Origin: Eubacteriales bacterium
GTDB lineage: Bacteria; Bacillota; Clostridia; Oscillospirales; CAG-272
Length of the DNA: 64,000 bases
Assembly: GCA_045538685.1 (NCBI GenBank)
Contig: JAZSRX010000034.1
Span: 11,111 to 75,110, forward strand
Reading direction: 5' to 3'
Each line of letters starts with the position of its first letter. The stretch's first letter is position 1. A model generated the notes under the pieces. The model was not told the origin of the DNA. It saw nothing but the letters and a program-made list of their open reading frames with translations, and searched no databases. Position numbers and translations under genes: made by a program. This document shows, in pieces, positions 61,830 to 64,000 of the stretch.

Positions 61830-62774
61830 ATGTCTAATTATTCTATATACGAAAAGGCAAAGGCAGAGATTGAGGCGAGAAGAAACTCAGCACGTGCCGA
61901 TGCCGATATGAGAAATGAAATTGTTCGCTCGGAGTGCGAGGAAATTGCAAAAATCGACAGAGAGCTTACCAAAACAGGCCTGCTTATCTTCAAGACAGCC
62001 CTTGACGGCGGTGATCTTGCCCCTGTAAGAGAGCGAAACAGAGAGCTTCAAAAGAAGAGAAAAGAGCTTCTTATAGGGCTTGGTTACAGTGAGGATTACA
62101 CCGATATCAAGTACACCTGCAACGAATGTTCTGACACCGGCTATGTTGGAACAAGGGTTTGCAACTGCTTAAAGGAGATCATTGTCAGAGAGCGAATTAC
62201 CGCCTCTGCTATGGGAAAGCTTATTGAAAAGCAGTCTTTTGACAACTTTGATTTACAAAAATACTCATATGATCCGAAAATCCAGGAGAAAATGACAATG
62301 GTTCTTGCTTTGGCAAAGAACTTTGTCCGCGACTTTGACAAGAGAAAAGACAACCTTTTGCTTATCGGCCCGACAGGCACAGGCAAGACGCACATTTCCA
62401 CATCTATTGCAAGAGAGCTTATGCATAAGGGTTATGACGTTATATACGACTCCACCCAGAACATACTCTCCGACTTTGAGAGCGACCGTTTCAGAAACAA
62501 CTTTGGCAGAGAGGAAAATCGCTCGGATAAGTATCTTGACTGCACACTTCTTATTATTGACGACCTCGGAACAGAGTTCTCTAACCAGTTTACAATTTCC
62601 ACCCTTTACAATCTTTTAAACACCAGACAAAACAAGGGGCTTGCCACTGTAATTTCCACAAACCTTTCTCCCGAAGAGCTTGCGAGAAAGTATGAGGACA
62701 GAATTTATTCCAGAATTATCGGCTGTGCAAAGGTGCTTCCCTTTGAGGGCAGAGACATCAGGGTGATGAGGTAA
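61830..62774 (+). CDS. DnaC/DnaI-like helicase-loader ATPase
   Basis: Zn-binding CNECSDTGYVGTRVCNC, Walker A GPTGTGKTH, Walker B LLIIDDLG. Confidence 0.8.
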   Translation: MSNYSIYEKAKAEIEARRNSARADADMRNEIVRSECEEIAKIDRELTKTGLLIFKTALDGGDLAPVRERNRELQKKRKELLIGLGYSEDYTDIKYTCNECSDTGYVGTRVCNCLKEIIVRERITASAMGKLIEKQSFDNFDLQKYSYDPKIQEKMTMVLALAKNFVRDFDKRKDNLLLIGPTGTGKTHISTSIARELMHKGYDVIYDSTQNILSDFESDRFRNNFGREENRSDKYLDCTLLIIDDLGTEFSNQFTISTLYNLLNTRQNKGLATVISTNLSPEELARKYEDRIYSRIIGCAKVLPFEGRDIRVMR

Positions 62775-62880
62775 ATTATCCCCGGGTTTCACTTTTGTGT
62801 TAATTCCCCCATATTTCTGGTTTAAACATTTTTCTTAGTAATAATTAATTATTAAATAAATTTTCAAAAGGAGAACTGTT

Positions 62881-64000
62881 ATGAAGAAAAAGGTTTTAAG
62901 AATTATCTCGCTTATACTTTGTCTTTCGATTATCGGCGGTATGCTTGCAGGATGCAGCATTATTAATCCCGATAATGAAAAGGGAGATGATGAGAGCAAC
63001 GATAAGCCCTGTCCCCACAAGTACGGCGAATGGTACTGCGAAGACGAAGACGAAGAATGTCAGAGCAGAAAGTACTACAAAGAGTGCGAAAAGTGCGGCG
63101 ACGTTCTCACTAAGAAGGGCTCTTCCAACGATCACAAGTTTGGCAAAGAAACAATCCTTTCTTCCTGTGAACACGTAGAATACACATACAGAGAATGTGA
63201 AAACTGCGGTAAAGAAGACATCGGCGAGCCCACATACAATAATCTCTCTTTTTCAGATAAGAATTTAGAGATTGCTTATGACGACGAGAAGCACTGGATA
63301 GAATGTACCGTTTGTCATAAAACCAGCGAAAAGTACGAACACGATATGTACGCAGAATATGAAAATGACGGTCATAGATTCGAGTGTCCTTGCGGCTTCG
63401 AGGGCGAAAAGGTTGCCCACGTTTTAGACGAAAATGGCAATTGCACAGTATGTGATTATATTAATCCCGATAATTTAAGCCCTCTTGCAGGTACATATGA
63501 CATCGCTCTTTGGGTATCCGAGATGGAAAATTTCAACACCGGATACAGTGTTGTAAAGCAGACAGAGGAACAGATTGAAGAATTTATGGCGGCTAACCCC
63601 GGTGTTATTATCAATGCAACAGTTTTAGGTGTTACCGAGGCAGATGCCGGCTATCAGGTTATAAACGACATTTTCTCTGCCCCCGACATTTACTGTTTCC
63701 CACAGGACCAGTTTAGCCGTCTTGTTATGGCAGGTGCTCTTTCCTGTCCCGCAGACTATATAGCAGAGCAAATTGTAGCTAATAACGATACAAGTTCTCT
63801 TTCTGCCGTTACGGTTGGTGGTAAAGTATATGCTTATCCTATGACCTCGGACACCGGATATTATCTCTACTATGATAAGTCTGTCATTACAAATCCCGAC
63901 TCGCTTGAGGATATTATTGCCGACTGCACCGCAGCATACAACACAGGAAGAGACAACTATCTCTTCCGCTACGGCCTTGAAAACGGCTGGTACGCCGCAT
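62881..64000 (+). CDS. Lipoprotein: sugar-type solute-binding protein with an inserted Cys-rich module (3' end beyond the window)
   Basis: Not in the ORF track because it is open at the right edge. AAAGGAGA RBS; signal peptide plus lipobox LAGC; CxxC-rich residues 44-191; then an SBP-like stretch YDIALWVSEMEN...PDIYCFPQDQ. I translated to position 64000 without hitting a stop. Confidence 0.6.
   Translation, partial: MKKKVLRIISLILCLSIIGGMLAGCSIINPDNEKGDDESNDKPCPHKYGEWYCEDEDEECQSRKYYKECEKCGDVLTKKGSSNDHKFGKETILSSCEHVEYTYRECENCGKEDIGEPTYNNLSFSDKNLEIAYDDEKHWIECTVCHKTSEKYEHDMYAEYENDGHRFECPCGFEGEKVAHVLDENGNCTVCDYINPDNLSPLAGTYDIALWVSEMENFNTGYSVVKQTEEQIEEFMAANPGVIINATVLGVTEADAGYQVINDIFSAPDIYCFPQDQFSRLVMAGALSCPADYIAEQIVANNDTSSLSAVTVGGKVYAYPMTSDTGYYLYYDKSVITNPDSLEDIIADCTAAYNTGRDNYLFRYGLENGWYAA

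Noticed and set aside
1-64000. tRNA, rRNA, tmRNA, riboswitch or CRISPR features
   Set aside because: I scanned all intergenic gaps longer than 100 nt by eye. I saw no cloverleaf-compatible sequences (no GTTCGAATC-type T-arms), no rRNA-like stretches and no leader long or structured enough to call a known riboswitch. A covariance-model scan would be needed to be certain.

Overview
The window looks like chromosomal DNA from a spore-forming Firmicute, probably Clostridia-like. That taxon call is an inference from gene content only: spoVF/dpaAB, pth-mfd, tsaD-rimI, and BspA-type LRR surface proteins. I support about 50 protein-coding genes and saw no rRNA, tRNA or CRISPR array by eye. (1) Positions 1-19946 hold one tightly packed minus-strand operon of 17 genes behind a single consensus promoter. 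Eight of its genes encode radical-SAM enzymes, falling into three paralogue groups. They are interleaved with three GT2 glycosyltransferases, a DegT-type aminotransferase, an AsnB-like amidotransferase, a PHP phosphoesterase, a UbiA-type prenyltransferase fusion, a DUF4062 protein and UDP-glucose dehydrogenase. I cannot match this composition to any characterised pathway, and it is my top candidate for an undescribed system: a lipid-linked glycoconjugate with repeated radical tailoring. (2) Positions 20.4-34.8 kb and 51.7-62.8 kb are mostly housekeeping genes: dpaAB, pheST, truB, a U32 peptidase, comM, mfd, pth, prmC, ddl, murI, rbfA, galU, rimI, tsaD, rex, and DnaD/DnaI-like genes. (3) Positions 35-51 kb are accessory. 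They carry a Sel1-repeat protein with a recent internal duplication, three BspA-like LRR proteins, and an anchored protein with a solute-binding-protein-like domain; these anchored surface proteins (not the Sel1 protein) share an unusual N-terminal MEENKN...TM...LGG anchor. The region also holds a ThyX-like protein without the canonical motif and a truncated phage replisome-organizer gene with iteron-like repeats. (4) Many intergenic regions are colonised by one modular repeat family: roughly 215-bp nested-palindrome MITE-like elements, CTCTGCA/CTCTGAA heptamer arrays, and a 108-nt tandem array. One locus also carries a GIY-YIG gene cassette flanked by 123-nt direct repeats that splits rimI from tsaD. 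Several start codons were moved from the ORF-track positions where a GTG/TTG call sat inside an RBS or an upstream gene. All domain calls rest on motifs read in the translations and on remembered family patterns. No searches were run.
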